This document shows, in pieces, positions 16,146-23,554 of a DNA stretch of 26,719 bases (positions are counted from its first letter, which is position 1; every line of letters starts with the position of its first letter). This DNA comes from a virus. Lineage: Duplodnaviria > Caudoviricetes. The stretch spans positions 1 through 26,719 of the IMG/VR virus record IMGVR_UViG_3300006641_000147; one strand, 5' to 3'. A program made the translations under genes and the position numbers. Under the pieces are notes generated by a model. The model had not been told where the DNA came from, did no database searches, and saw only the letters and a list, made by a program, of their open reading frames with translations.

Positions 16146-16290
16146 TTGATCACCTCATTCGGTTGAAAACTTGGGGTTCTCGCGCCGGTGGGCCTGCGTT
16201 GCACAGGGCCGAATGCTTGCTGGTTGCGCCAGCCACTCGTCAGCATCCGCTGCGGTGAGGGTCGGGTAAACCCGGTGGGCCTTGACGCCG

Positions 16291-16320
16291 ATTCTATTTC
16301 CTGATCGGCCCGTTTGACAA
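16291..16320 (-). promoter_or_regulatory. Putative sigma70-like promoter for the capsid operon
   Basis: TTGTCA (16320-16315), 18-nt spacer, TAGAAT (16296-16291), immediately downstream of the scaffold terminator. Confidence 0.55.
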
Positions 16321-16327
16321 GTGGACG

Positions 16328-16355
16328 AAAAAAGACCCGGCGGGAAGGCCGGGTC
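16328..16355 (-). terminator. Rho-independent terminator after the scaffold gene
   Basis: GACCCGGC-CTTCCC-GCCGGGTC perfect 8-bp stem followed by TTTTTT on the minus strand. Confidence 0.85.
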
Positions 16356-16384
16356 AATTCACCACTATCTGAAGGAGACAGGCT

Positions 16385-17158
16385 CTATTGTAAGACCGCC
16401 TGGAACAGCCGCTCAACCTTTTGGCGGTAGGCAGCGTCGGTCTTGTATCGCGGGTCGCCCACCATCTGGTAGAGCTCTTCCTTGCTGGGCGCACCTTCCA
16501 TCGGCGCGACCTCGATCGGGATCCGGCCCTCGTAGCTCTCGCGGAGCTTCATCAGCGCACGGATGCCACCCGCGGTGCCGCCCATGATCTTGAACTCTTC
16601 AAAATCGTCCTTCCCCCAGACGCCTTTATTGACCAGGCCGCGAGCCCAATCGACCATGCCGCCGATCACCGCGTTGGCATTCGGCCCGAGCTTCTTCATC
16701 TCGACAGCCGGGTCGACCATCTCGCCCTGCATGAGCTCCTTGGCCTGCGTCTGCAGCGTGCCGACTAGGTCGTCGAAGTCGGCCTGGCTGAGACCGCGCT
16801 CCCTCGCCCAGCCCGTCAGCGCATTGGCCATCGGGTTCTCCGTGTTGCCATCGCCGAACGCGGTCAGGTCGTACTTTCCATCAGCCGGAGCGTTGTGCTG
16901 TCCCTTGCTGATCTTGGCTCGCAGATCGCGCCAGGACTTCGCGATGCCCTCGAGATCAGGCTCGTTCGCGTCCTTCTTCCAGAAGTTCTCGGGCCAGTAG
17001 TCCGGGCGCTCGAGGGGATCCTCGGGTGCTGGTGCGCTGGGGTCAGCGGCGCGGTGATCGATCTGCGCTGCTTGGGGGCTTGCCGGCTTGCTGTCGTCTT
17101 CAACGGTAACGCTGTCGAGTAAGCCGGTGCTGCCGGGCTCGTTTGCGGTTTCGCTCAA
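16385..17158 (-). CDS. Capsid assembly scaffolding protein
   Basis: Acidic low-complexity N-terminus, 'ERPDYWPENFW...AKSWRDL' and C-terminal 'DPRYKTDAAYRQKVERLF'. Lies between portal and capsid. Confidence 0.85.
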   Translation of the reverse strand: MSETANEPGSTGLLDSVTVEDDSKPASPQAAQIDHRAADPSAPAPEDPLERPDYWPENFWKKDANEPDLEGIAKSWRDLRAKISKGQHNAPADGKYDLTAFGDGNTENPMANALTGWARERGLSQADFDDLVGTLQTQAKELMQGEMVDPAVEMKKLGPNANAVIGGMVDWARGLVNKGVWGKDDFEEFKIMGGTAGGIRALMKLRESYEGRIPIEVAPMEGAPSKEELYQMVGDPRYKTDAAYRQKVERLFQAVLQ

Positions 17159-17418
17159 AGGTTCCTCGCTCTTTTGATCCGCGCCTGGATGTCTCGCACC
17201 ACCGACCGCTGACCGTCAGCGTAGTAAGCGTGCGAGGGGTCGGTGCCGGGCACGGCGATCGGCACGTCGACGTACATGTGGCGCAGCCAGATCAGGAGCT
17301 TCTGGCCATCCTCGCCGTTGAATACTCGCAGCACCAGGCGATCCAGGTCGTCGCGCTTCTGGTCTGCCTCGCGGATGTCGGGCGTCGCGAGCGCCTCGAT
17401 CTCGTCCCAGCCGCTCAA
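17155..17418 (-). CDS. Bbp19-like small phage protein
   Basis: 'RVFNGEDGQKLLIWL...YYADGQRSVVRDIQARI' pattern and the conserved position between portal and scaffold in BPP-1-like podoviruses. TTG start coupled to the portal stop. Confidence 0.7.
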   Translation of the reverse strand: MSGWDEIEALATPDIREADQKRDDLDRLVLRVFNGEDGQKLLIWLRHMYVDVPIAVPGTDPSHAYYADGQRSVVRDIQARIKRARNL

Positions 17419-19007
17419 ACGGGTGCCCCTGCCGGCGCTGCAGCCTGGGCCTGCATGGCCGCCTGCTGCATGGCCATCGCTTCCATCTGCCGGTTCTGCG
17501 CCTCTTCCATGAGCACTGCACGCTCCTCACGGGTGTTGCGCACGGTGGCCGGCACGCCGAGCTTGTCGCCGATGTAGTCGACCACCGCGTCACCCTTGAG
17601 CGCCAGCTGGCCGTCAGGCCCGAACGCCTGCATCAATTGCGCGTACTGGAGGATGGCATTAACCTCCTCCATGTTCTGCGCTTGTGCGAGCGGCGCGACG
17701 GGGGTGACTTTTACCTCGAGACCGTTGACACGCAACGGCAGGTCGATCATTCCGCGCTCGTCCATGACCTCAAGGATCTTGGCCACCAGCGGGATCATCG
17801 TCTCGTTGATCAGGCGGCCGAACGCCGAGCCCAGATTCTGCGCGAGCTCCTTCATCCGCTCGACGATCTCGGTGGCCGAGCGGGCGCTCATGTTGTCCGG
17901 CGGCAGCGACTCGTCCAGCAGGATCCGCTTGATGCTGCCCGTCAGGTCGTTGATCACCAGCTGCGACACGTTGAAGTCGCCAGAGCGGGGAAGGGGCTGC
18001 AGGCTCGCACCCTGGGGGCCGCCATTGCGTGCCACCGGGATGATCGCGCCCGGCACGATCTTGACCGTCGCAGGGTTCAGCACGCCATCGTCGGCCGCCG
18101 TGTAGACGCCGGCGACCGCCAGGCTCGCGTTCTTGAGCAGGAGCTCCTTGGTCTTGTTCAGCGTCTTGATGTCGGGGAGCGCCGTGATGAGCGGCCCGCG
18201 GCCGTAGATCTCCCCCGCGACCTTCATGTAGCGCGAGATCACCCAGGGGCTGGTCTTGCGCCGCCGGTAGACGATCTCCTGCTTCGAGATCTTGTCGATG
18301 ACGTGGTAGCAGTAGTCGCCGCGCTTGTAGTCGTGGATCGTGGCCTCGACCAGGTCGACATCATCGGTGGGCTTCTGCTCGATCCGCATCTGCACTTCAG
18401 CCGGCAGCTTTGCGTCGGGCCACTGGCGCTGGATCGACTCGCCCTTCATGCGCATCTTGCGGTAGACGTTGTCCACCTGGCCGTTCGCGCCCTCTTCGTA
18501 GCAGACCAGGAACAGCGGCACCGGGATGAAGTTGATCGGCGTCACGTCGTCGCCCGGCTGCACCATCATGCAGGCCGTGCCGACAGCGAGATCCAGCAGG
18601 AACTCGCCGATCGCGATGTCGAAGTTGGACTGCTTCAGCACGGCGAACATCTTGTCGCCGTATGCGTCCAGGATCGCCTGCGCTTGCTGTGTGCGCTCGA
18701 TGGGGATCGACGGGCCAGGCTCGAGCCTCGACCACTTGCGCTGTGGCGGGAACACCACCGACTGCAGCCGGTTCGCAAACCGCTGGGTGCTGTTGATAGC
18801 GGTCGAGTCGAAGACGCGCTGCATCTTCTTCGTGCCGGTGCTGCCACCCTCCCAGATGCCGTACAGCTGGCGCTGCGGGAGCGCGAATTCGTAGGCGTCC
18901 TGGTAGATCTGCTGGAACTCGTCCTTCTTCTTCTGGGCCGCGTCGTGGCGCTTGAGGATCTGCTCTGGCGTCAGCCGCATCCCGCCGGTGTCTTTCTCGT
19001 ATTCCAT
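17415..19007 (-). CDS. Portal (head-to-tail connector) protein
   Basis: 'FDSTAINSTQRFANRLQS', 'GEIYGRGP', 'SATEIVERMKELAQNLGSAFGRL' are T7-type portal motifs. Likely start is ATG 19007 (MEYEKD) rather than the TTG-extended ORF. Confidence 0.93.
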   Translation of the reverse strand: MEYEKDTGGMRLTPEQILKRHDAAQKKKDEFQQIYQDAYEFALPQRQLYGIWEGGSTGTKKMQRVFDSTAINSTQRFANRLQSVVFPPQRKWSRLEPGPSIPIERTQQAQAILDAYGDKMFAVLKQSNFDIAIGEFLLDLAVGTACMMVQPGDDVTPINFIPVPLFLVCYEEGANGQVDNVYRKMRMKGESIQRQWPDAKLPAEVQMRIEQKPTDDVDLVEATIHDYKRGDYCYHVIDKISKQEIVYRRRKTSPWVISRYMKVAGEIYGRGPLITALPDIKTLNKTKELLLKNASLAVAGVYTAADDGVLNPATVKIVPGAIIPVARNGGPQGASLQPLPRSGDFNVSQLVINDLTGSIKRILLDESLPPDNMSARSATEIVERMKELAQNLGSAFGRLINETMIPLVAKILEVMDERGMIDLPLRVNGLEVKVTPVAPLAQAQNMEEVNAILQYAQLMQAFGPDGQLALKGDAVVDYIGDKLGVPATVRNTREERAVLMEEAQNRQMEAMAMQQAAMQAQAAAPAGAPV

Positions 19008-19008
19008 G

Positions 19009-19332
19009 TCAAGCCTCGGCCTTGTACTTCTCAAGCAGGTTGCGACCCTTCGCGGCCAGACGCTGCGCAGCAGCTGCGGTGCGCGGAGCAGGTTCGCCCC
19101 ATGCTCGAGCCGCCAACGCAAGCCGCGTCGGCTCACCCTTGTCGTTGACCAGCGGGCCTGACGGATTGGTGTAAAACCGCGTGAGGAACGAACCCTTGCG
19201 GCGAGCACGCTGGCCGGTTGGGCTCGATTCCTTCACGCCGGGCTGGAGATTTCCGCTCTCGCCCGTCGACTCGTAATGCCGCCTGCCGGCCTCTGTCAGC
19301 CCGCCTTCTGGATCCTTGTAGCGAGCCTTCAT
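19009..19332 (-). CDS. Basic phage protein, DUF6321-like
   Basis: 'DPEGGLTEAGRRHY...NLQPGV...RRKGSFLTRF...PTRLALAARAWG' pattern. Confidence 0.6.
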   Translation of the reverse strand: MKARYKDPEGGLTEAGRRHYESTGESGNLQPGVKESSPTGQRARRKGSFLTRFYTNPSGPLVNDKGEPTRLALAARAWGEPAPRTAAAAQRLAAKGRNLLEKYKAEA

Positions 19333-19343
19333 GGCTGATGTTC

Positions 19344-20285
19344 TCAGCGTGCTTTCAGCGCCGCGACCTCTGTTTCCAGCGCCTCAATTCGCGTGATGGC
19401 TTCCTGCAGCGCCTTCACCGCCTTCATGTAGAGCACGCTGTACTTGACAACCTTTGTGCTGGTGCCGAGTGGATTGCGCTGGCGCTCCATCACCGGATTG
19501 CCGTCAGCATCGACCACGGCATTGCCATCGGCATCCACCGACTGAACTTCGACTTCCTCGTAGTCGGGATGCTCTTCGATCAGGCCAGGCGATACGGTCT
19601 GAGCTTCTTGCGCAATCAAGCCGATCTGCAGCGGGCCAGTCGGGTCGGCCTTGTAGTGGAACTTGCGAACGCGCAGACCTTTGATGTCGTCCCACTGAGA
19701 TCCGGCATCAACGATGTCCTGCTTCAGCTTCTCATCCGAGACGGCGCCGTAGGAGTTGTTGGTGTTGGTGACGTTGCCGGAGTCTGCTACACGGAACCTA
19801 AATTCATTAGCAGGCTGGTTATAGTAACTAAGCGCATAAAATGAGCTATTAGTAGTGTTTCTATAAGCCCAAATACCTAACGCAGTATTTGTATAACTTG
19901 CGTTTGTCGCCTGTAATATTAGACATTCTAAATCGGCTGTTTGTCGAAGCTCATGGTATGCACCAGAAGCTCCTAAATAAGCCCCAGTATCACTCGCCTT
20001 AAAGTACCCACCACTGGTGGTGCGATTTCTTTCGGTGCCACCAGTCGAGATTGCCACCGTGTCGGCCGCAGGAAAGTAGATGCCTGTGTTCTGATCGCCT
20101 TGTGCGGCGATCGCTGGAGCAGATGCGGTTCCAGCAGGAACGCTGTCGAACAGTTCCTGAATGGTGATCTTCTTGCTGCGATCAGCCGCTGCGGCTTCGC
20201 TGATGTCAACGATGTAGAGCAGGTCGCCGGTCGCGGTGTTGGCACCCGTCAGTGACGTGAGTGCGGATACGGCTTTGTCAGTCAT
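19344..20285 (-). CDS. Fibre/spike protein with C-terminal intramolecular chaperone (peptidase S74) domain
   Basis: N-terminal 'MTDKAVSALTSLT...DLLYIVD...SKKIT', shaft 'APAIAAQGDQNTGIYFPAADT', S74 cleavage motif 'SDEKLKQDI', 'IGLIAQEAQ' and a C-terminal coiled coil. Confidence 0.85.
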   Translation of the reverse strand: MTDKAVSALTSLTGANTATGDLLYIVDISEAAAADRSKKITIQELFDSVPAGTASAPAIAAQGDQNTGIYFPAADTVAISTGGTERNRTTSGGYFKASDTGAYLGASGAYHELRQTADLECLILQATNASYTNTALGIWAYRNTTNSSFYALSYYNQPANEFRFRVADSGNVTNTNNSYGAVSDEKLKQDIVDAGSQWDDIKGLRVRKFHYKADPTGPLQIGLIAQEAQTVSPGLIEEHPDYEEVEVQSVDADGNAVVDADGNPVMERQRNPLGTSTKVVKYSVLYMKAVKALQEAITRIEALETEVAALKAR

Positions 20286-20287
20286 GA

Positions 20288-20593
20288 TTAACTCTCCAAA
20301 AGTAGAAGGTCAAGATCCTCAAGTAGGGCGTCGTACCCGTCCTCGAACTCAAGGTTGGTGAACAGCGACTCGTCGTTCTCAAATAGCAGATAGGACGAAT
20401 CCTCTAGCAGCACATTGCCGCCATCCTCGAGCTCGACGTTGTAGGACAGGTAGTCGGTGCTCTCGAGGAGGATGTAGCCACCGTCCTCAAGCAGGATGCC
20501 GCCGCCGTCTTCCAGCTGCAGCACCGCCGGGAATTCGATCCCGTTGCCGAGTCCACCGAACCGGCCTAGCCTGAGATTGATGCCGAGAAACAC
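20288..20593 (-). CDS. Acidic adaptor protein with three 'LEDG..LLED..LLLE' repeats
   Basis: N-terminal 'MFLGINLRLGRFGG' peptide followed by three ~20-aa acidic/hydrophobic repeats. Lies between the spike base and fibre genes. Confidence 0.75.
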   Translation of the reverse strand: MFLGINLRLGRFGGLGNGIEFPAVLQLEDGGGILLEDGGYILLESTDYLSYNVELEDGGNVLLEDSSYLLFENDESLFTNLEFEDGYDALLEDLDLLLLES

Positions 20594-20594
20594 G

Positions 20595-20849
20595 TCACAC
20601 CAGGCCGACGATGCTGGTGGCGGTCGTACCGGTCGACCAGACCCGCACCGCGGTCACCGGCAGGATTGATCCAGCCTGCACGGCGTTGAAGGTGGTGGCA
20701 TTGCCTAGTGCGTCAGTGATCTTCACGTTGCCGCTGCCGCCAACGTAGAGAGCACGCACGGCAGCCGACAGGTCGCTGTCTGCAGGCGTGATCGCAATCG
20801 CGCCGATCGCGCATGAGTCTGGCGTGGTGGGGAAGGGTAGTTGCGCCAT
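20595..20849 (-). CDS. Head spike base protein (RcGTA Rcc01079-like)
   Basis: 'AITPADSDL...RALYVGGSGNVKI...TFNAVQAGSILPVTAVRVWSTGTTATSIVGL' matches the gene-transfer-agent head-spike base family. Confidence 0.75.
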   Translation of the reverse strand: MAQLPFPTTPDSCAIGAIAITPADSDLSAAVRALYVGGSGNVKITDALGNATTFNAVQAGSILPVTAVRVWSTGTTATSIVGLV

Positions 20850-20850
20850 G

Positions 20851-21009
20851 TCACTTTCCTTTTTGTGCTGCCCGCATGTTGTCGACCAGGTTGGGGTAGG
20901 GCCGTCCTGCTTTCTTGGCCATCATCTGCGCGGCCTTCTTCTGCATCGGCGAGAGCTCTTTAGGCTTTCCCAGATCCTTCGGTCGCGCTTTGTCCCAGAC
21001 CTCTTTCAT
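20851..21009 (-). CDS. 52-aa basic protein MKEVWDKARPKDLGKPKELSPMQKKAAQMMAKKAGRPYPNLVDNMRAAQKGK (not in the ORF track)
   Basis: ATGA-coupled to the upstream gene. Stop sits 1 nt before the spike-base start. Fills the gap exactly. Confidence 0.8.
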   Translation of the reverse strand: MKEVWDKARPKDLGKPKELSPMQKKAAQMMAKKAGRPYPNLVDNMRAAQKGK

Positions 21010-21200
21010 TTCTTCGATCCGTATTCGTCGAGCTCACTCTCGAGCTCCGCGGCCATCTTCATCTCGTGCTCGTTGGGCGTGCGCCGCCCGGCACGCTTTG
21101 CCATCATCTGAGCGACCCTCTTCTGGAAGGCCGTCTGCTTCATGGCTTTCATCTCTTCGCCGTGCTTGCCGTTCGACTCGATCTCGATCTCGACTTTCAT
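21006..21200 (-). CDS. 64-aa hypothetical protein
   Basis: ATGA overlaps on both sides. Confidence 0.7.
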   Translation of the reverse strand: MKVEIEIESNGKHGEEMKAMKQTAFQKRVAQMMAKRAGRRTPNEHEMKMAAELESELDEYGSKK

Positions 21201-21364
21201 TTCTTCTTGTACCCCGCCTCAGACATCGCAATGGCCACGGCCTGGTCTCGACTGGTGACCTTGTCACCGCTCGAGCTCTTCAGCTTCCCGGCCTTGTACT
21301 CGCGCATCACCTTCGCGACCTTGGCTTTCATCTTGTCGTCTTTGGATCCGTAGTGACCGGGCAT
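21197..21364 (-). CDS. 55-aa basic protein, DUF6496-like (not in the ORF track)
   Basis: MPGHYGSKDDKMKAKVAKVMREYKAGKLKSSSGDKVTSRDQAVAIAMSEAGYKKK. AGGAG SD. 'KVMxE.KxGKLKS..G.KV.SRxQA.AIAxSEA' pattern. Confidence 0.75.
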   Translation of the reverse strand: MPGHYGSKDDKMKAKVAKVMREYKAGKLKSSSGDKVTSRDQAVAIAMSEAGYKKK

Positions 21365-21366
21365 GG

Positions 21367-21963
21367 TTACGCTCCTGCAAGCATGTTGCGGCTGCGACGG
21401 GACACCGCTGCCAGCCTGGCGGCGCGGCGCTCACCGAGCTCACGCTGCAGACCAGACTCCAAGCCCTTGCGCTCAGTCTCGAACGCGCTGGTGTCAAACG
21501 CAGCGATCGTCGGTGCGGTTGGTGCCTCCGGTGCTGTTGGCTTTTTCTCAGTAAAGGTCGGAAGAGGCTTCGGCTCTTCGTACTCGTAGCTGCGGGTCTC
21601 GGTGGTGTAGCCCGCCAGGCCGAACAGACCAAAGCGCGGAACCCGCTCCTGGTAGTAGCCAGTCTTGGTCACGGTCGGGCTCGCCTTCACGGCTGCGAGT
21701 TCGCTCTCGTAGGCCTTCAACCGTTCGTTGTAGGCCGCCACCTGCGACTCATACGCCGGGAAGCTCACCGTCTCGTAGGTAGCCTTGGCAGCCTCGAAGG
21801 GCTTCAGTTGCTCTTTGACGCCGGCCTGGTAGGCGGCGAGTGAAGATTCCTGCTTGCCGGTCAGCGCCTCGATGTCTTTGCGAAACTGGGTAGATAGACG
21901 ATCAATGCCAGCGGTCTTGCGACGCAGAGCGCGTTGCGCGAACTGTGGCAGTTGAGTGGCCAT
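21367..21963 (-). CDS. Hypothetical virion-associated protein
   Basis: 198-aa ORF, TGATG-coupled. Coiled-coil plus Pro/Thr-rich linker and an Arg-rich C-terminus. Confidence 0.7.
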   Translation of the reverse strand: MATQLPQFAQRALRRKTAGIDRLSTQFRKDIEALTGKQESSLAAYQAGVKEQLKPFEAAKATYETVSFPAYESQVAAYNERLKAYESELAAVKASPTVTKTGYYQERVPRFGLFGLAGYTTETRSYEYEEPKPLPTFTEKKPTAPEAPTAPTIAAFDTSAFETERKGLESGLQRELGERRAARLAAVSRRSRNMLAGA

Positions 21964-22409
21964 CAGAGCATCATCCCGGTGCCCAGCTGCGGGCCGGTCA
22001 CGCCAAGCTCCGGCGTGAGGCGCTCTTGCGAGAGGAGCGAGCGTCTGCCGCCTCGCGTCCGGGCCTTGAGGGCCGACGCTTCAGCAGCCGCGGCCTTACG
22101 GCGCTCTTCGTCTGCAGCGGCTTGTACCTCGCGGGCCTTGTTCTCCATCGAGAGCTTGTTCTCTTGATACTGGAGCTGGCTGGCCTGGAAGGCCTGCCGA
22201 GCGGTCTCAGCCTGCGTCTGGAGGGCTGCAGCCTGCTGACCGTAGGCAGCGGTCTGGCGGTTGATCTCATCGCGCATGGCGGCCGCATCACGCTCCTGCT
22301 GCTGCAGCTGCAGGGCTTGCTGCTCACGCGCCGCACGGTTGGCCTGGCGTGCCTGGTTAGCCTGGTAGGCAGACCCTAAGAGAATCGCTCCAGCAATCAA
22401 GAATGGCAT
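21963..22409 (-). CDS. Hypothetical virion-associated coiled-coil protein
   Basis: Hydrophobic N-terminus, Gln/Ala coiled coil and C-terminal 'RGGRRSLLS...LG', as in small podovirus virion proteins encoded upstream of the portal. Confidence 0.7.
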   Translation of the reverse strand: MPFLIAGAILLGSAYQANQARQANRAAREQQALQLQQQERDAAAMRDEINRQTAAYGQQAAALQTQAETARQAFQASQLQYQENKLSMENKAREVQAAADEERRKAAAAEASALKARTRGGRRSLLSQERLTPELGVTGPQLGTGMML

Positions 22410-22723
22410 CAGTCGCTCCTGACCAGCACTTCATCTATCCGATCCAGGTCTGTCTCGCTGGTCGCGTGAACACAGAACCAGACCGCGTCCTCGAGCGCCT
22501 CGATCCGGTGATGCACTCCAGCTGGTATCGTGATCACGGCCGGCGCTGTGTATCGCCTCTCGACACCGTCTGCCTCGACCGTCACCTCACCACTCGCCAG
22601 TATCGACAGGTGGTCATAGTGATGCGCGTGGGTCACCGCAAAGTGACCCCGCGGCAGCATCATCTGTCTCGCATACAACCCAGATGAGAAGTGATGCCTG
22701 ATCTGCAGATCTATGTCGATCAT
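22409..22723 (-). CDS. Cupin-fold protein (104 aa)
   Basis: Likely start ATG 22723 (MIDIDLQIRHHF). Cupin metal motifs 'THAHHYDHLSILASGEV' and 'IPAGVHHRIEALED'. The longer ORF in the track is an out-of-frame overlap with the HNH gene. Confidence 0.8.
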   Translation of the reverse strand: MIDIDLQIRHHFSSGLYARQMMLPRGHFAVTHAHHYDHLSILASGEVTVEADGVERRYTAPAVITIPAGVHHRIEALEDAVWFCVHATSETDLDRIDEVLVRSD

Positions 22724-22752
22724 GCAGACCATTCTATTGGATGTTGGACAGG

Positions 22753-23310
22753 TCAGGAAGAGGGTGATACCGGCGCGGTATTGATGGATCGCCAGTCCGT
22801 TCTGTCCCAGTTCCCCTTGCCGTGGTTGCAGGGGTGGCAGAGGATCTGCAGGTTGTCTATGTCCAGGGCGAGGTGAGGGTAGTGCTTTCGGGGTTTTATA
22901 TGGTCGACGTTGATGGTGATACCGTCGGCCGGCGTCGCGCCGCAGCACATACACCTGGCACCGTACTTCTTGATGGCCAGCATTCGCAACTGCCGCCACT
23001 CGAAGGTCTCGAGGAAAGCGTCGGTCTTCGGGTCGACCTTGCTCTGAGGTTTGGTCGTGACGCTGCGCACCCACTCGTCGGAGCGATCGCGCAAGATCCT
23101 GGCGTGGATGGCATGCACAACATGCAGGTTGCGAATTACCCAGCCTCGACAGGACGCACCAGGCGGCCTCGGGAATCCATCCTTCGCCAGAGCTCTACAG
23201 GTCAGTTCATAGATGCTGGCGTGCCGCTCGGATGAATGTCCGAGCCTGCTCTTGGTGTAAGCGTGCAGCTTGCTCTTCTTGATGGGCACCTTGTAGCGCA
23301 CCTGGGGCAT
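22753..23310 (-). CDS. HNH endonuclease with ~95-aa basic N-terminal extension
   Basis: Likely start ATG 23310 (MPQVRY) with AAGGAG SD. 'EWRQLR...CMCCG...VDHIKP...NLQILCHPCNHGKG' is a Zn-binding HNH domain. Confidence 0.9.
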   Translation of the reverse strand: MPQVRYKVPIKKSKLHAYTKSRLGHSSERHASIYELTCRALAKDGFPRPPGASCRGWVIRNLHVVHAIHARILRDRSDEWVRSVTTKPQSKVDPKTDAFLETFEWRQLRMLAIKKYGARCMCCGATPADGITINVDHIKPRKHYPHLALDIDNLQILCHPCNHGKGNWDRTDWRSINTAPVSPSS

Positions 23311-23554
23311 AGTGAGGACTCCTTGAGGAGGTTCCAGGCAAAGGCCCCCTACCCCACGGACGTGAAGTAAGAGGCAGGCTCCAGGGCCCCGTAGGGCATC
23401 CACATGCCAGCTTTCGCTGCACCCTCGACTTGTGGATTCGGCCAGTCGCACGGACTATTCGGGAACTGCCCCCTAGCCTTTCGGCATACCGTGTACCCTT
23501 TTCTTCCGCGCAGCCGGGTTGGGCTCTTGCTCCGTGCGGAGTACGGGTTACGGC
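23311..23554 (-). ncRNA. Candidate large structured RNA upstream of the HNH gene (no named family recognised)
   Basis: Multiple stems with GNRA/UNCG tetraloops (GCC-GAAA-GGC, CAGC-GAAA-GCTG, GCCC-TACG-GGGC), long-range pairings, and a 14-bp stem with 4 G-U pairs at 23344-23375. Confidence 0.55.

Noticed and set aside
16210-16250. CTGACGAG followed by a hairpin resembles a hammerhead ribozyme core
   Set aside because: The required GAAA after stem II and the stem III/cleavage triplet arrangement are absent.
19008-19208. N-terminal extension of the portal ORF to 597 aa
   Set aside because: It overlaps the DUF6321-like gene in another frame. ATG 19007, right after that gene's stop, is more plausible.
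22753-23554. Possible group I/II intron or IscB/HEARO element (GTGCGAC, ATAGTCC, RNA plus HNH)
   Set aside because: No group II domain V, no matching group I P7 partner, no interrupted host gene, and no PLMP or RuvC motifs in the protein.
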